64,000 nt of DNA from Phycisphaeraceae bacterium (GTDB lineage Bacteria > Planctomycetota > Phycisphaerae > Phycisphaerales > Phycisphaeraceae): positions 96,001 through 160,000 of the forward strand of contig OY771506.1 in NCBI GenBank assembly GCA_963674705.1, read 5' to 3'. Positions within the stretch are counted from its first letter, which is position 1. The number at the start of each line of letters is the position of its first letter. The notes under the pieces were generated by a model. It made no database searches, had not been told where the DNA came from, and was given only the letters and a program-made list of their open reading frames with translations. Below, piece by piece: positions 40,701 through 49,569 of the stretch. Both the position numbers and the translations under genes were made by a program.

Positions 40701-42800
40701 TTCTTCAACCACCGTCGTGCCTCGCCAGAAGTCGTTGGCGTTGCTCGTCGAGGTCCCGATCGTCATCGTGCCGGCACCACGCTTCACAAGGTGCACGTTG
40801 TTGCCGTCGCTTAGCAGGTCGACCGTCGGATCGCCGTTCTCATCGACCAGCAGGTCGGTGATCTTGCCCGTCAGGTTAATGTTGCCGGCGCCGCCGAAGA
40901 CGTAGAAACGATCGTTCGGGGCAACGCCGTCAAAGGACGACAGTGTGCCGCTGAGTGTCAGCGTGCCGCTGGTCGACTCGATGATGTAGTGGCTGCCTTC
41001 ACCCGGGGTGCTGGCATTGATGTTGCCGGCGATCGTGTTGTTGCCGCTGCTGGAGATGCTCGCAACCGCATCAGATGCACGTTCGCCCAGGACGATGTAC
41101 TCATCGCCGAGTGAAACATTATCAAGCACGAGCTGGGCTGTGTCATTAATCATCGTGCGTGTCGCCGCGGTGCCGTCGGCAGCACCCAGGGTGGCCGCGC
41201 CGCTGAGCGTCATCGAAGCCGTGCCCGAGAGCGTGGTCGTGCCGGCGTAGGTATGAGCGGCCGAGAACCCGACCGTACCATTGTTTGAGCTGACCGCACC
41301 GTCGCCGGAGATGATCCCGGTGAAGGTCACATCAGCGCCGTCGTTCACGCGGATCGCGCTGCCGGCGTCGAGCGAAACATTGCCGTCAACCGTGCCCGTG
41401 CCGTAGCCCGTCGCACCGTTGTCGGAGAAGAAACCGTTATCCGCCCCAAAGAACTGAACCTGACCACCGTTGGTCACGGCGATGTCATTGCCGGCCGAGA
41501 TGGCGTCGGTGTTCAAGATGGAGACGCTCGAACCGTCGACATTCAAACCACCGCTGATGCTGTTGTCTGCATCAAGCACCAGCTCGCCGCCGCCCATAAC
41601 ATTCAGGCCGACGCTGGTAACTAGCTCGGCATTGATCCAGTGACGGCCGGCGATATCGATCTTGCCTTCGCCGGTCAGCGTCAGCGTTTGATTCGTATCG
41701 GCCACGATGAAGTAGTCGCCGGTGTTGATCGGGTTGCTCAGCACCAGGCTGTTCAGAGAAACGTTCGTGTCGAGCGTGACCGTGCGGTTTTCCGTGATGA
41801 TCGAGCCCAACAACACGTCGCTGCCCGCGGCCGGGACGACGCCGGTCGACCAGTTGGCCGCCGTGCTCCAGGAACCGTCGGCATCGACAAACCATTCGGT
41901 CGGAGGCTCAGCCACCGCGAGGATGCCGGACAGCGGATTGAATGTGTACGTGCCGTCGGTCCAGACCGAGCCGGACTGAGCGAAGCCCGCGGTGCTGACA
42001 CTGAATGTCTCACCGAAGGCCGTGGTCGTGATGTCCAGGATCGTCCAGCTATCACCCGGGGTGGTGCTGGCGCCGGTCAGATCGAAGTTGAACACGCCGT
42101 TGAACGTCGCGTTGCCGCTGCCGGTGATCGAGTTATTCGTGCCCGAAGCGCCGATGGTGAACAGCCAACTGCTGGTGTCTGTCCAGACCATGTCGCTTGC
42201 GTCGGCGACGACGTTACCACTCATCGTGCCGGCGCCGGCGATGTCGATGCCCTGGCCGGGGCCGGAAGCCGAGCTGAAACCGTACGCCGATGCATCATTT
42301 AATAGATACAGCGTGCCGGCGCCGGTAATGTCGGAGTTGATGATGTAAGGACTCTGATCAGGAACCAGCGCGCCGTTGTTCGCAGTCACGTCAAGCGTGC
42401 CGTCAAGCGTGAAGATGTCGCCCGCGCCCGAACCGCTGCGGACAAGACCGCCATCCAGTATCAGATTAGCGGTCAGCGTCTGCGCGCCGCCGTTCTTGTT
42501 GATGATGCCGCCGTCCGCTTGAACGGTTAATGAATCGCCAGCAAAGACAATGTCGCCGCTGCCGGGCGTACGAAGCCACTCAACATTCACAACGTAATCA
42601 TTGCTGGCCGACGGATCGAGCCCATCGCTCCAGTTGTTGACGCCGTCTTGATCCATGGACGTCGTACCGATGGTATCGGTCGTCGTCAGCGTGACGGTAG
42701 CCGCGTTGACTGCCGGCGCTGCTATGAGTCCCAGCAAGGCAAGCTGAACACTCACCGCACCTGCCCGATACAACGGACAAACCTGGTCGCTCTTCTTCAT
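37752..42800 (-). CDS. Very large PEP-CTERM protein 7: extended beta-strand-repeat stalk, module and dockerin-like domain, with no recognisable catalytic head
   Basis: Several (N/H)(T/S)YxGxT repeats, the module LIDNFDGYDN..AWQDFAVMPF, dockerin, and VPEP-TM-KRR. Start MKKSDQ follows GAGGAG. Confidence 0.85.
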   Translation of the reverse strand: MKKSDQVCPLYRAGAVSVQLALLGLIAAPAVNAATVTLTTTDTIGTTSMDQDGVNNWSDGLDPSASNDYVVNVEWLRTPGSGDIVFAGDSLTVQADGGIINKNGGAQTLTANLILDGGLVRSGSGAGDIFTLDGTLDVTANNGALVPDQSPYIINSDITGAGTLYLLNDASAYGFSSASGPGQGIDIAGAGTMSGNVVADASDMVWTDTSSWLFTIGASGTNNSITGSGNATFNGVFNFDLTGASTTPGDSWTILDITTTAFGETFSVSTAGFAQSGSVWTDGTYTFNPLSGILAVAEPPTEWFVDADGSWSTAANWSTGVVPAAGSDVLLGSIITENRTVTLDTNVSLNSLVLSNPINTGDYFIVADTNQTLTLTGEGKIDIAGRHWINAELVTSVGLNVMGGGELVLDADNSISGGLNVDGSSVSILNTDAISAGNDIAVTNGGQVQFFGADNGFFSDNGATGYGTGTVDGNVSLDAGSAIRVNDGADVTFTGIISGDGAVSSNNGTVGFSAAHTYAGTTTLSGTASMTLSGAATLGAADGTAATRTMINDTAQLVLDNVSLGDEYIVLGERASDAVASISSSGNNTIAGNINASTPGEGSHYIIESTSGTLTLSGTLSSFDGVAPNDRFYVFGGAGNINLTGKITDLLVDENGDPTVDLLSDGNNVHLVKRGAGTMTIGTSTSNANDFWRGTTVVEEGTLKVQAGASNVGELFSSTIDVRAGAVFDTSTFASYSLQVTEDPDGTAFNGDEIGQLVTGAGTINTGSGTMSAYEDAMFAPGDSGVGTLTITGNLSFTPTVLNPNGGLNYDLSGSAAGTNDLLNVSGLVTLGASGGGTYNLNVTAVDGALDTAAYTLINGGSGSGSVSTANFNVAIFNESGTQLNTRQDDSVSATFSGGDLKVQFAAAESVVWTGATNSTWDVGTTANWSSSDSLYFDLDSVTFNNAGTVDIATAVTPGGMNIASGTTTLTGAGVEGSGDVAIGASATLVLANADSAITGDVTLASGAKLQAGNGSSTGANVISGSVSGAGSVTVQSGTLVLEGDNSYTGVTTINGGNLDFTQGSGLGSTAAGTVVNSGGSLRSFGQALTTDEAITLNGGTIRVGGADPAAVSFTGNISVGANGGTMQVDGGTGADGMTVNNVALNANTLTADVLDGSSLNVTGTLSGTGTLNVTGSGTGAMVMADGSALTVTNIDVAGGRLDVSAMNAGAGLSVASGKTLKGDGAVIGTVSALNGSLIQVGEAGMPSTIKVTGLIDNFDGYDNSSTTALGATPGNLTGDVWVGVPDGTTGATIVDDSVASDNSLAAAAADGVWRGAETNLATSFANDYSLPDGATATYFFQLMAEGTATDCMIGLTSSVDSLDENNAWQDFAVMPFSAGGNLDVYGDNGTGANDVMAMTAGTYYNVWVVVDNANKTFDLYGSSGTDDGTLLRADIEFGRITDPTDLAAFGISNNGTDPVHIDNLYVDFSGENVTNPLTTTWSGTLGSYEPETLTVEGDLVINAGSILALDIATSGINDLLSITGELTAGGTLDVALDGAVTLAEGDVFDILDFGSITGAFDTISLPTLTGSLEWDTSSLMVDGVIQVIASALLDGDLNGDGFVGLADLDIVLTNWNTNVTAGEWSLGDPSGDGFVGLDDLDFVLTNWNNGTPPSSGAAVPEPASLVLLGLGGMALLKRRSA

Positions 42801-42969
42801 CCTCAATCTCCTCAGCAAGTGGTAAGAGAAATACAATTCAATGCATCTGCCTGGTGCAAACTGTCATGTTTCAATCGATGCCGGGATCGCGATTAACGCT
42901 TAATACCCTGCTCTAATTATGAACCGGCTTAGACCAAAACCAAGCAAATACTCGACACCAACAACAAAA

Positions 42970-43007
42970 TATTGCATGCAATAGATACATGCAATGCATG
43001 TTGCATT
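42970..43007. promoter_or_regulatory. Candidate operator: palindrome TATTGCATGCAATA plus adjacent ATGCAA..TTGCAT inverted repeat
   Basis: Perfect 14-bp palindrome (42970-42983) in the AT-rich region upstream of gene 7, between two LacI paralogs. Confidence 0.45.
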
Positions 43008-43434
43008 ACTTGCAATTATAGTCGATTGCAATTTCATGTCAACGATTATTCCTCGCCGGATAAAGATCAAAATGATATTCGAAAAGTTAAAAATCGGCTA
43101 CAGAATGTATAAAATAAGTATCTATTTATTAGATATTTATGGAATTATCCCGTACGGGTCCCGCAGGGGTGACGAGGCGTCCGCCGGACCCGCCCCACCG
43201 CCTGTCTCATGTACTGCCACCGCTTTCTCAAACCTGCCCGGCCGTTACAGCGTTTCATCCTGACAGCACGCAAAACAGCAGAAACATCCCCCCTAATCCC
43301 TAACCGATACAATCCTTATCATTGTTTGCATCGCACGCCCGCCGATGCGGACACCCAATCAAATGCGCACGGGATATGACGGCCAGACAAAACGAGGAAA
43401 ATGTGAGATGTAGAGGATCTACGTGCCCCGAACA

Positions 43435-44607
43435 CTAATCATGCTCGAGCCCATCAACCCCATTACTAGATGCCCCCGAAACAGCTCCTCCCGGGATAGA
43501 TGCCCCTGAAATAGATGCACCCGGGATAGAAGCCCCAACCGAATCGCTCGGTAACACAAGTGATGGCGGGACGTTAATCACCGCAGGCGGCTCCAGACGG
43601 TTACGCATCCGCGAACGCAGCCGACGGATCGCGATCCGCGCCACCTCGCGCGGGTTGATATCGATCGTCGCCGGCCGAGGCGACATCAACGACAACTGCG
43701 TTTCATCGTTGTCGCAGGAAATCACCCTAACATCCTGCTCCGGATTCACGCCCGCCTGCTGCAAAGCCGTGTAAAACTGCGTCGTTTCATGATCGCGCGG
43801 ACAAAACAGACCGTCCGGCTTGTAACCGTCGTTGGCGATGGCGTCGGCGACCTCTTCGATGGTCGGCAGCACGGTGACTTTACCCGCGTAAGCCTTGCCA
43901 TGCGTTGGGTTATCGCTGACCAGGTAGGCGCCGATCTCCATGTCGCTGTCCACCGCCGTGCTGGCGAACATCATCAGTCGCTGGCGTGTCAGGGGCCAGT
44001 TCGGCGTCAGCGTCACCATGGCGACGCGCTTGCAACCCTTGTCCGCCAAGTAGTTTGCAGCAATCCGGCCGATGCCCAGGTTGTCCGGCAGGATGTGGTC
44101 GATGTGCAGGTGATTGGCGTGCCCACCCATCGCCCAGACCGCCGGCATCCGCTGGGAGATGCCTTCGATCGCCTTGACCCATTCAGGGCTGCGCGTCGCG
44201 CTACTGTCGACCAGCAGGATCGCCCCACCTACATCGCCTCGCTTCACAAGTCGGCTTGATTCCGTGGCTTGCGGCATGTCATCCAACAACACATCCACAT
44301 CAAACTCACGCGCCGCCGTGGTCACACCCGCGACAAACGCACCGATCACTGGCATCGTCATCCAGCTATGGTGCATCTGCCCAAGCGTCAGCACCGCGAT
44401 CCGGCTGTTTTTAAGTGATTGTTTGCCAGCACGATCCCGCCGCGAGCCGCTTCTGGTGCGCGCGATCGGCGGGGTGTAACCCAGCTTCTCGACTGCTTCG
44501 CGGATCTTTTTCACCGTCTCCTCGCGGACCAATGGCGAGTTATTCAACGCTCGCGACACCGTCGCGGTCGAAACACCAGCCATTTTGGCGATCTCTGCTA
44601 AGGACAT
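43435..44607 (-). CDS. LacI-family transcriptional regulator (paralog 2)
   Basis: SLAEIAKMAGVSTATVSRALNN and colinear high similarity to 36486-37643. C-terminal GASIP-like low-complexity repeats. Confidence 0.9.
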   Translation of the reverse strand: MSLAEIAKMAGVSTATVSRALNNSPLVREETVKKIREAVEKLGYTPPIARTRSGSRRDRAGKQSLKNSRIAVLTLGQMHHSWMTMPVIGAFVAGVTTAAREFDVDVLLDDMPQATESSRLVKRGDVGGAILLVDSSATRSPEWVKAIEGISQRMPAVWAMGGHANHLHIDHILPDNLGIGRIAANYLADKGCKRVAMVTLTPNWPLTRQRLMMFASTAVDSDMEIGAYLVSDNPTHGKAYAGKVTVLPTIEEVADAIANDGYKPDGLFCPRDHETTQFYTALQQAGVNPEQDVRVISCDNDETQLSLMSPRPATIDINPREVARIAIRRLRSRMRNRLEPPAVINVPPSLVLPSDSVGASIPGASISGASIPGGAVSGASSNGVDGLEHD

Positions 44608-45310
44608 GGACTTACCTGTAAATAAGACGAAGTCGTATCAGTAAATCTTACATCGGCGGTTACAAAATGCAATCTTACCTTTCATCAACGCCCCACCCGC
44701 CCCGCTATTGCCTTATTGTTTATATTTCCTTGATTTACCTCGCTAAAGAAGTGTGGTTAATCAATGTATCAATGTCCGGTAATGATCGAACCGGACGCTG
44801 TATGTAATGAGAACCCCCGATGACAGGCCTAATGACACGCCGCACCACCACAACTTACCGATGGGCGCCGCCGGCAGAACCAACAACGCACAGACTACAA
44901 GCCACCGCTTCTTAACAGATTCACCGCCCCCCACGCTTTCGGCCGTACCCCAACCCACCGCCTCAGGCAAATTCGTCACACAGCAGTAGCCACTTATCCA
45001 CCGCCGATTGCGCGCACAGTCTCGTCGTGATTGCCCCCCGTGCGCACACGCACACACGCACAATTCGCCCTCGGTCGACGACCGGGGGCCAGACCCTGGG
45101 CCTTCATCCGGGGGCCACATCCGGGGGCCTTCGATTTGTGGAGCTGTATTCATGATGCTTGGTGTGATGAGCTTTGACATAATCTGCTACATTGCGTGAA
45201 CAAGGCTCCACGTCGTCGACGTGGGCCCAAGTGTAAGTTTCCTGCAGCGGATCATAAGGCCACTGGAATGGACACTACGATCTCAATCGGCAAGCGATTC
45301 ATTGCAGTTT

Positions 45311-45345
45311 GCCCATTTAAGATTCCTGGCACCTTTTCGGGTCCC
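45311..45345. repeat. REP-like family B copy, GCCCATTTAAG(A/G)TTCCTGGCACCTTTTCGGGTCCC
   Basis: 35-bp direct repeat with 47414-47448 (1 mismatch). Confidence 0.9.
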
Positions 45346-45379
45346 GGGGGCCACACCCTGGGCCTTCATCCGTGCGTCA

Positions 45380-45483
45380 CATCCGGGGGCCACATCCGGG
45401 GGCCGCATCCGGGGGCCGCATCCGGGGGCCGCATCCGGGGGCCGCATCCGGGGGCCGCATCCGGGGGCCGCATCCGGGGGCCT
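45380..45483. repeat. Tandem array of 8 x 13-bp CATCCGGGGGCC(G/A/T)
   Basis: Units start at 45380, 45393, 45406, 45419, 45432, 45445, 45458 and 45471. Two more units lie near 45105-45130. Confidence 0.95.
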
Positions 45484-45520
45484 TCGCGAAGCGAAGACTT
45501 TAAATTGAAGTCTTGCGTGT

Positions 45521-45580
45521 TGAGCTTTGACACAATTTGATACATTGTGCGAGCAGGGCCCCACGTCGTCGACGTGGGGC
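45521..45580. repeat. ~60-bp duplicated element ending in hairpin GCCCCACGTC-GTC-GACGTGGGGC (second copy ~45168-45227)
   Basis: TGAGCTTTGACA..TACATTG..CCACGTCGTCGACGTGGG occurs twice. This copy sits just upstream of the Y1 transposase. Confidence 0.85.
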
Positions 45581-45603
45581 TAAATGAAAGAGCATGTTAT
45601 TGA

Positions 45604-46116
45604 ATGGGGGTAAAACACGTGGGGCAAACGCTGGGGGTGATGTTGACGATGACAACTTACGGCACGTGGCTGCGCGGCGATCAGCGCGGGTGGGTGGATG
45701 ATGGGAAGATCCTTCCGCCGAATCCGCAGATCGAAGATTACGATCGCGAACATCTGAAGTACAAACCGTTCTTCTTCAACCAAACGCAACAACAATCCGC
45801 GGGCACGCTTGTGATCCGGTCCGCAAAAGAGAAATTGCATACGCCGATCTGGGCGCTATCGATCGAAGCCTGGCACATGCATATCGTCATCGGCCCGATC
45901 GTTCAATCGATCGGTGAAGCGTCGAAGGAATTCAAGTTATCCATCCTGCACGGCCTGCAACTTGGCCGCCCCATCTGGTCGAAAGGCTACGACAAACGCT
46001 GGTGCTTCAACGCAGCCTCGGTCGCGGCGCGCGTTCATTACGTGCAACGACACAACACACGGCGTGGGAAGAACGTGCAGCGTTGGTCGGGGTTGGATGT
46101 TTGTCCGTATGTTTAG
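45604..46116 (+). mobile_element. HUH/Y1 tyrosine transposase (IS200/RAYT-like, TYGxWLxGD type)
   Basis: TTYGTWLRGDQRGWV, HUH motif WHMHIV, IWSKGY, candidate catalytic Tyr in HYVQRHN. Flanked by REP-like hairpins and repeats. Confidence 0.7.
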
Positions 46117-46176
46117 GTTTATGTGTGTGGGTTGCGACAAGCCTTATGTCTTCACCTCAGATAAAGGGGATCAGCA

Positions 46177-46359
46177 ATGAACATCTTTGAATATCTGGCA
46201 AAAACCGCCTTGATCTGGGGCATCAGTTACGGATCAATCGTAATCACATCTGTGATTGATATTCCGTTATGGCTTGTAGTACTGATGGTAGTTGGTATTG
46301 TTCAATTGTTAATTTTGGCATTCACCAGAACACCGGAGAAAAAATGCGTTAACCCGTAA
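46177..46359 (+). CDS. Small hypothetical 2-TM membrane protein
   Basis: RBS-like AAGGGG and two hydrophobic segments followed by a basic tail. Confidence 0.5.
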   Translation: MNIFEYLAKTALIWGISYGSIVITSVIDIPLWLVVLMVVGIVQLLILAFTRTPEKKCVNP

Positions 46360-46467
46360 CAGGGGTCCACCCGGCTCAACCCGACTCGCTTGCTTAGGAA
46401 GGAAGATATGGCGTGTGGATTTCAATTGCAGGGAATAATACTTCTGTACATCATAAGGGGCATCGTA

Positions 46468-47379
46468 ATGTCGCTACTCAAGCATGCGTTAATAATTCTG
46501 GTTGTGTTCACATGTTTGGGCGGTTGCGTCTCGACTAAGCCTGGCAATACCTTGCATGCCATCAATGGCACAGATTACCTGATCGCCTTAGCAGAGCTTC
46601 AGTATGATTCGCATGATCAACAACACGGCGTCGACTACTTCAGACGTTTTGCGGGGTGGTGCAATCAGAAGTATTCATCACGCGGTCAAGACATGACGGA
46701 TCGAACCAAAGCAATTGCCGGCATGCTACGGGTCTTGGACGAGCACGCTGTTATTAATAATTCCGGCCGGGTGTTGTTCATCGAGCAAATAACGGAAGAT
46801 TGTTTTTCGGGTGGTTATGGTTATCAAAGCTATGCCATCATTTACATCTCGGAAGATGACCAGTGGAAGGATGAGGTGTTAGATAACGCCGGGGCCAACG
46901 TCATATTGGTGAATCAGGCGGCCTGGGATCAAGCTGAAAAACTCACGAGGCAGGCCGAAAGTAATAAGAACAAAAACTGGCCGGCGTCACCCTTGATCGT
47001 TCATCTGTGGGACGGTTCTCGCTGGCATTCTTCTATACACAATGATCCCGGCTTTAGTTGGATGGCGGACAAGGGAGCATTCGCTGATACCCACGGCGAA
47101 CTCACGAGGGCAAATCGAGCGTGGTCTTCGCATCACACACAAGCGTTCGATCTGTCCACGCTGCTACTTTATGTTTATCTTGTCTCCGGCTTGGATAATG
47201 ATGCCGCGTTCGGTCCGGTGCCGGACGGTATAGCGGCCCGATTGATGGGGGACAATGAGTTTATCTTGGGGCAAATGGGAAAAGGTTTCCCGGGAGGCGT
47301 CGAGGAAGCCATCGAATTGCTTGATAAACACGCGCCCTCGCTGCCGTCTGTATTTGAAGAAACCACACCCGAGAACTAA
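46468..47379 (+). CDS. Hypothetical lipoprotein
   Basis: MSLLKHALIILVVFTCLGGC lipobox-like signal and a ~300-codon open frame in DNA that is visibly more AT-rich than its surroundings. Confidence 0.65.
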   Translation: MSLLKHALIILVVFTCLGGCVSTKPGNTLHAINGTDYLIALAELQYDSHDQQHGVDYFRRFAGWCNQKYSSRGQDMTDRTKAIAGMLRVLDEHAVINNSGRVLFIEQITEDCFSGGYGYQSYAIIYISEDDQWKDEVLDNAGANVILVNQAAWDQAEKLTRQAESNKNKNWPASPLIVHLWDGSRWHSSIHNDPGFSWMADKGAFADTHGELTRANRAWSSHHTQAFDLSTLLLYVYLVSGLDNDAAFGPVPDGIAARLMGDNEFILGQMGKGFPGGVEEAIELLDKHAPSLPSVFEETTPEN

Positions 47380-47395
47380 CAAGCCTTCGAGCTTG

Positions 47396-47448
47396 GCCCA
47401 TTTAAGGTTCCTGGCCCATTTAAGGTTCCTGGCACCTTTTCGGGTCCC
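47396..47448. repeat. REP-like family B copy with a stuttered partial unit
   Basis: GCCCATTTAAGGTTCCTG repeated in tandem, then GCACCTTTTCGGGTCCC. Confidence 0.9.
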
Positions 47449-47473
47449 AGTACGTGGCTTCATACCGGTACGC

Positions 47474-47760
47474 ATGCTTCAGGTCGCCGTCTATTCTCAC
47501 GAGAAGCAGAAAAAAATTCGAAGCATCATGGAAGTTCGGATTGCTCCGCAGGAAGTAGATGGCCTGTGGATCGCGAGAACAGCAACTGTCTCCGTAAAAG
47601 GACGCCCTTTGCAACAACACCTGGAGACAGGACAGCTTAATCCAGATGAATATTGGGAAGATTTGCGAACTATCGAAGTGACTAGTTTTAATCCTAGGCC
47701 AGAAGTTGGCCATGATACCTTCCACATCAAATTCCCCCATGGATTGTCTGTGACAGAAAT
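47474..47760 (+). pseudogene. Probable gene fragment trapped between REP-like repeats
   Basis: Protein-like stretch MLQVAVYSHEKQK..FHIKFPHGLSVT with no convincing RBS. It starts and ends at GGTG(T/C)CAGGAACC-type repeats. Confidence 0.4.
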
Positions 47761-47800
47761 GGTGTCAGGAACCTTTTTCGGTGTCAAGAACCTTTTTCGG
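47752..47800. repeat. REP-like family B copy, GACAGAAATGGTGTCAGGAACCTTTTTCGGTG
   Basis: 47752-47783 is identical to 48852-48883 and is followed by a partial stutter. Confidence 0.9.
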
Positions 47801-47927
47801 CGCGAAGACCACTCACCGGGAGACCCGACTTTCATAGTTTCTTTTCTGGACCCCCGCGCGCATAAAAAAGCCCGGCGGCTTTTCGGCCGAGGGGCTTTGA
47901 GGTATTTGGTGGACTGAGAGTCGGGGC

Positions 47928-48500
47928 TTACCTGCGACGCCGGCCGGCCAGGCCGATGACGCCCAGCGTCAGCAGGGCTAGGCTCGCCGGTTCGGGGCTG
48001 ATCTGATATTCGGGGGTGCGATCGCCGTCCGGATAGGGCACGTCGCCGCCCACCGTGAAGTAGACCGAACTGATGGTCCCGGCCACGCCTCCCAGCGGGG
48101 CGCTGAAGTCGGCGGTGAGATTCGGCGCCAGGAACACCGGCGGGGCGCTGACGAAGTCGCCCTGGTCGGTCTCGACGACGAGTTGGAAGATCCAACTGTT
48201 CTCGTTGGAGTTCTTGAGCGTAAGCGCGAAGTCGTCGCCGGCGGCGAACGGGATGCTGAGCCCGTCGAGTCCGACGCCCGCGGCCTGTAGCCCGGTCTGC
48301 GGCGGGGCGAAGATGGTCGTGAACGTCACCGCGGTCCCGGCGGGGATCACGCCGTTGTTCACGGTGATCGTGGCCGGGTCACTTGCATCCAACTGCGAGA
48401 AGCCCGCGATCTCGGGAATGCCGAACGAAAGTGTCGCGGCCTGCGTGACTGAAGACACCGCGCCGATGAGTAGAACTGCAGTAAGAATACGTGTTTTCAT
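47928..48500 (-). CDS. Small PEP-CTERM protein
   Basis: Start MKTRIL after GGAGGAG, signal peptide, and C-terminal SPEPASL-TM-RRRR. Hairpin with A-run at ~47864-47898. Confidence 0.85.
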   Translation of the reverse strand: MKTRILTAVLLIGAVSSVTQAATLSFGIPEIAGFSQLDASDPATITVNNGVIPAGTAVTFTTIFAPPQTGLQAAGVGLDGLSIPFAAGDDFALTLKNSNENSWIFQLVVETDQGDFVSAPPVFLAPNLTADFSAPLGGVAGTISSVYFTVGGDVPYPDGDRTPEYQISPEPASLALLTLGVIGLAGRRRR

Positions 48501-48819
48501 GGGTCCTTCTCCTCCGTCTGCAACAGATTGCAGATCCACGGCCTTTAGACCATCCGCCCATGTCTACAATGAAAATATCAGGAGCACCGACTCCTGTCAA
48601 TCATTTTTTATTACTAGAAGCTGTTTCAAAACCGCCGGGCGACCCAGTTAGTGATCTTCAATCCGAGATTCTGACCCTAACAAATACCGTTTTGAAACAG
48701 CCACTAATTTTAACCGACATTTCCCATTTGACCTCCACCCGACTACACAGCCGGACTTCTCAGTAACCAGCTTATAGCCTACAGCCACGATCCCCGAAAA
48801 CGCAAGACTTCATACACCG

Positions 48820-48883
48820 GACAGAAATGGTGTCAGGGGACAGAAATGGTGGACAGAAATGGTGTCAGGAACCTTTTTCGGTG
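48820..48883. repeat. REP-like family B cluster (GACAGAAATGGTG x3)
   Basis: Three stuttered copies. The last contains the stop codon of the adjacent transposase. Confidence 0.9.
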
Positions 48884-49569
48884 ACCTTCTTCGGGCGGCC
48901 TCTGGGTCTGACGGTCGTTTCCAGGCCGTGCTTGCGGATCATGCGGTCGCGCCATGCGCGGGAGCCGTAGGGGCTGCAACGGTTGGCGGCGATGCGCAGG
49001 GCCTCGAGTTCTGCTGAGGTCTGCGGCTGATTCACTAACGCAAGCCAACCCCTCGGCCGTCTCCCGCCCGGTGTGGGCCAAGGGCTTAGCAGGCGTTTCT
49101 GCTCCGCGTTGCCGTGCTTCCAACGCCACAGGCTCGACCACCGCCACGACTCCGCCCGCGCCCTCGGCGACGGCAACCCCGCCCGCTTCGCGTTCCGCTC
49201 CACGTACCGGCATACCGTAGCAAGGTGCGACTCGCCATGGACCAGAAACGATTTATACCGCCCCTGATACACGTGCCCCTCGCCCGTCGTGTGCCGATGG
49301 GCATGCCACCGCTGTGTGTGCGTCAGCGTCAACCAGCCCACAAACTTGGACAGGTCCCCGTCCCGTCTGGGCCTAAGCACCATGTGCCAGTGATTGGGCA
49401 TCAAACAATACGCCAACACCCGCATCGCCGTCCGCTGCACCGCTTGCTCAAGGATCGCCTCGAACGCCTGGTAGTCCCCATCATCGTCAAAGATCGCCAT
49501 CCGGGCATTGCCGCGGTTCAAGACGTGATACACATATCCGCCGACATCAACCCGTGGTGAGCGTCCCAT
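48865..49569 (-). mobile_element. REP-associated tyrosine transposase (RAYT / Y1_Tnp)
   Basis: YHVLNRGNARMAIF, YCLMPNHWH (HUH), GHVYQGRYKS, YVERN, WRWSS, RPRGRP. Confidence 0.88.

Noticed and set aside
16865..42350. Many plus-strand ORFs (for example 18501-19628, 20568-21221, 34292-35398, and the repeated MSRSSxPTxPSP peptides)
   Set aside because: They are antisense shadows of the real minus-strand genes in GC-rich DNA. Their apparent repeats mirror the dockerin and module coding sequence.
16917..42800. Diversity-generating retroelement or classical autotransporters
   Set aside because: There is no reverse transcriptase and no adenine-specific TR/VR pair. The proteins end in PEP-CTERM rather than an autotransporter beta-barrel.
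43465..43540. 15-bp degenerate repeat encoding GASIP/GASIS at the LacI C-terminus
   Set aside because: The repeat is real but is most simply a low-complexity tail absent from the paralog, with no evidence of function.
45168..45200. TTGACA followed by TACATT as a sigma70 promoter (also at ~45527)
   Set aside because: The spacing is only 8 nt, far from 16-18 nt, so it is treated as part of the repeat.
45380..45483. Possible CRISPR array
   Set aside because: The units are 13 bp and directly adjacent with no unique spacers, and no cas genes are in the window.
44761..45564. ORFs across the 44.7-45.6 kb region
   Set aside because: They are translations of intergenic DNA and the 13-bp tandem repeat (GPHPGAASGGRIR), with no coding evidence.
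47497..48195. 232-aa minus-strand ORF and the full 47255-47917 plus-strand ORF
   Set aside because: They overlap the PEP-CTERM or lipoprotein genes and translate REP sequence (KKVPDT, LAHLRFLA), which is typical of spurious calls.
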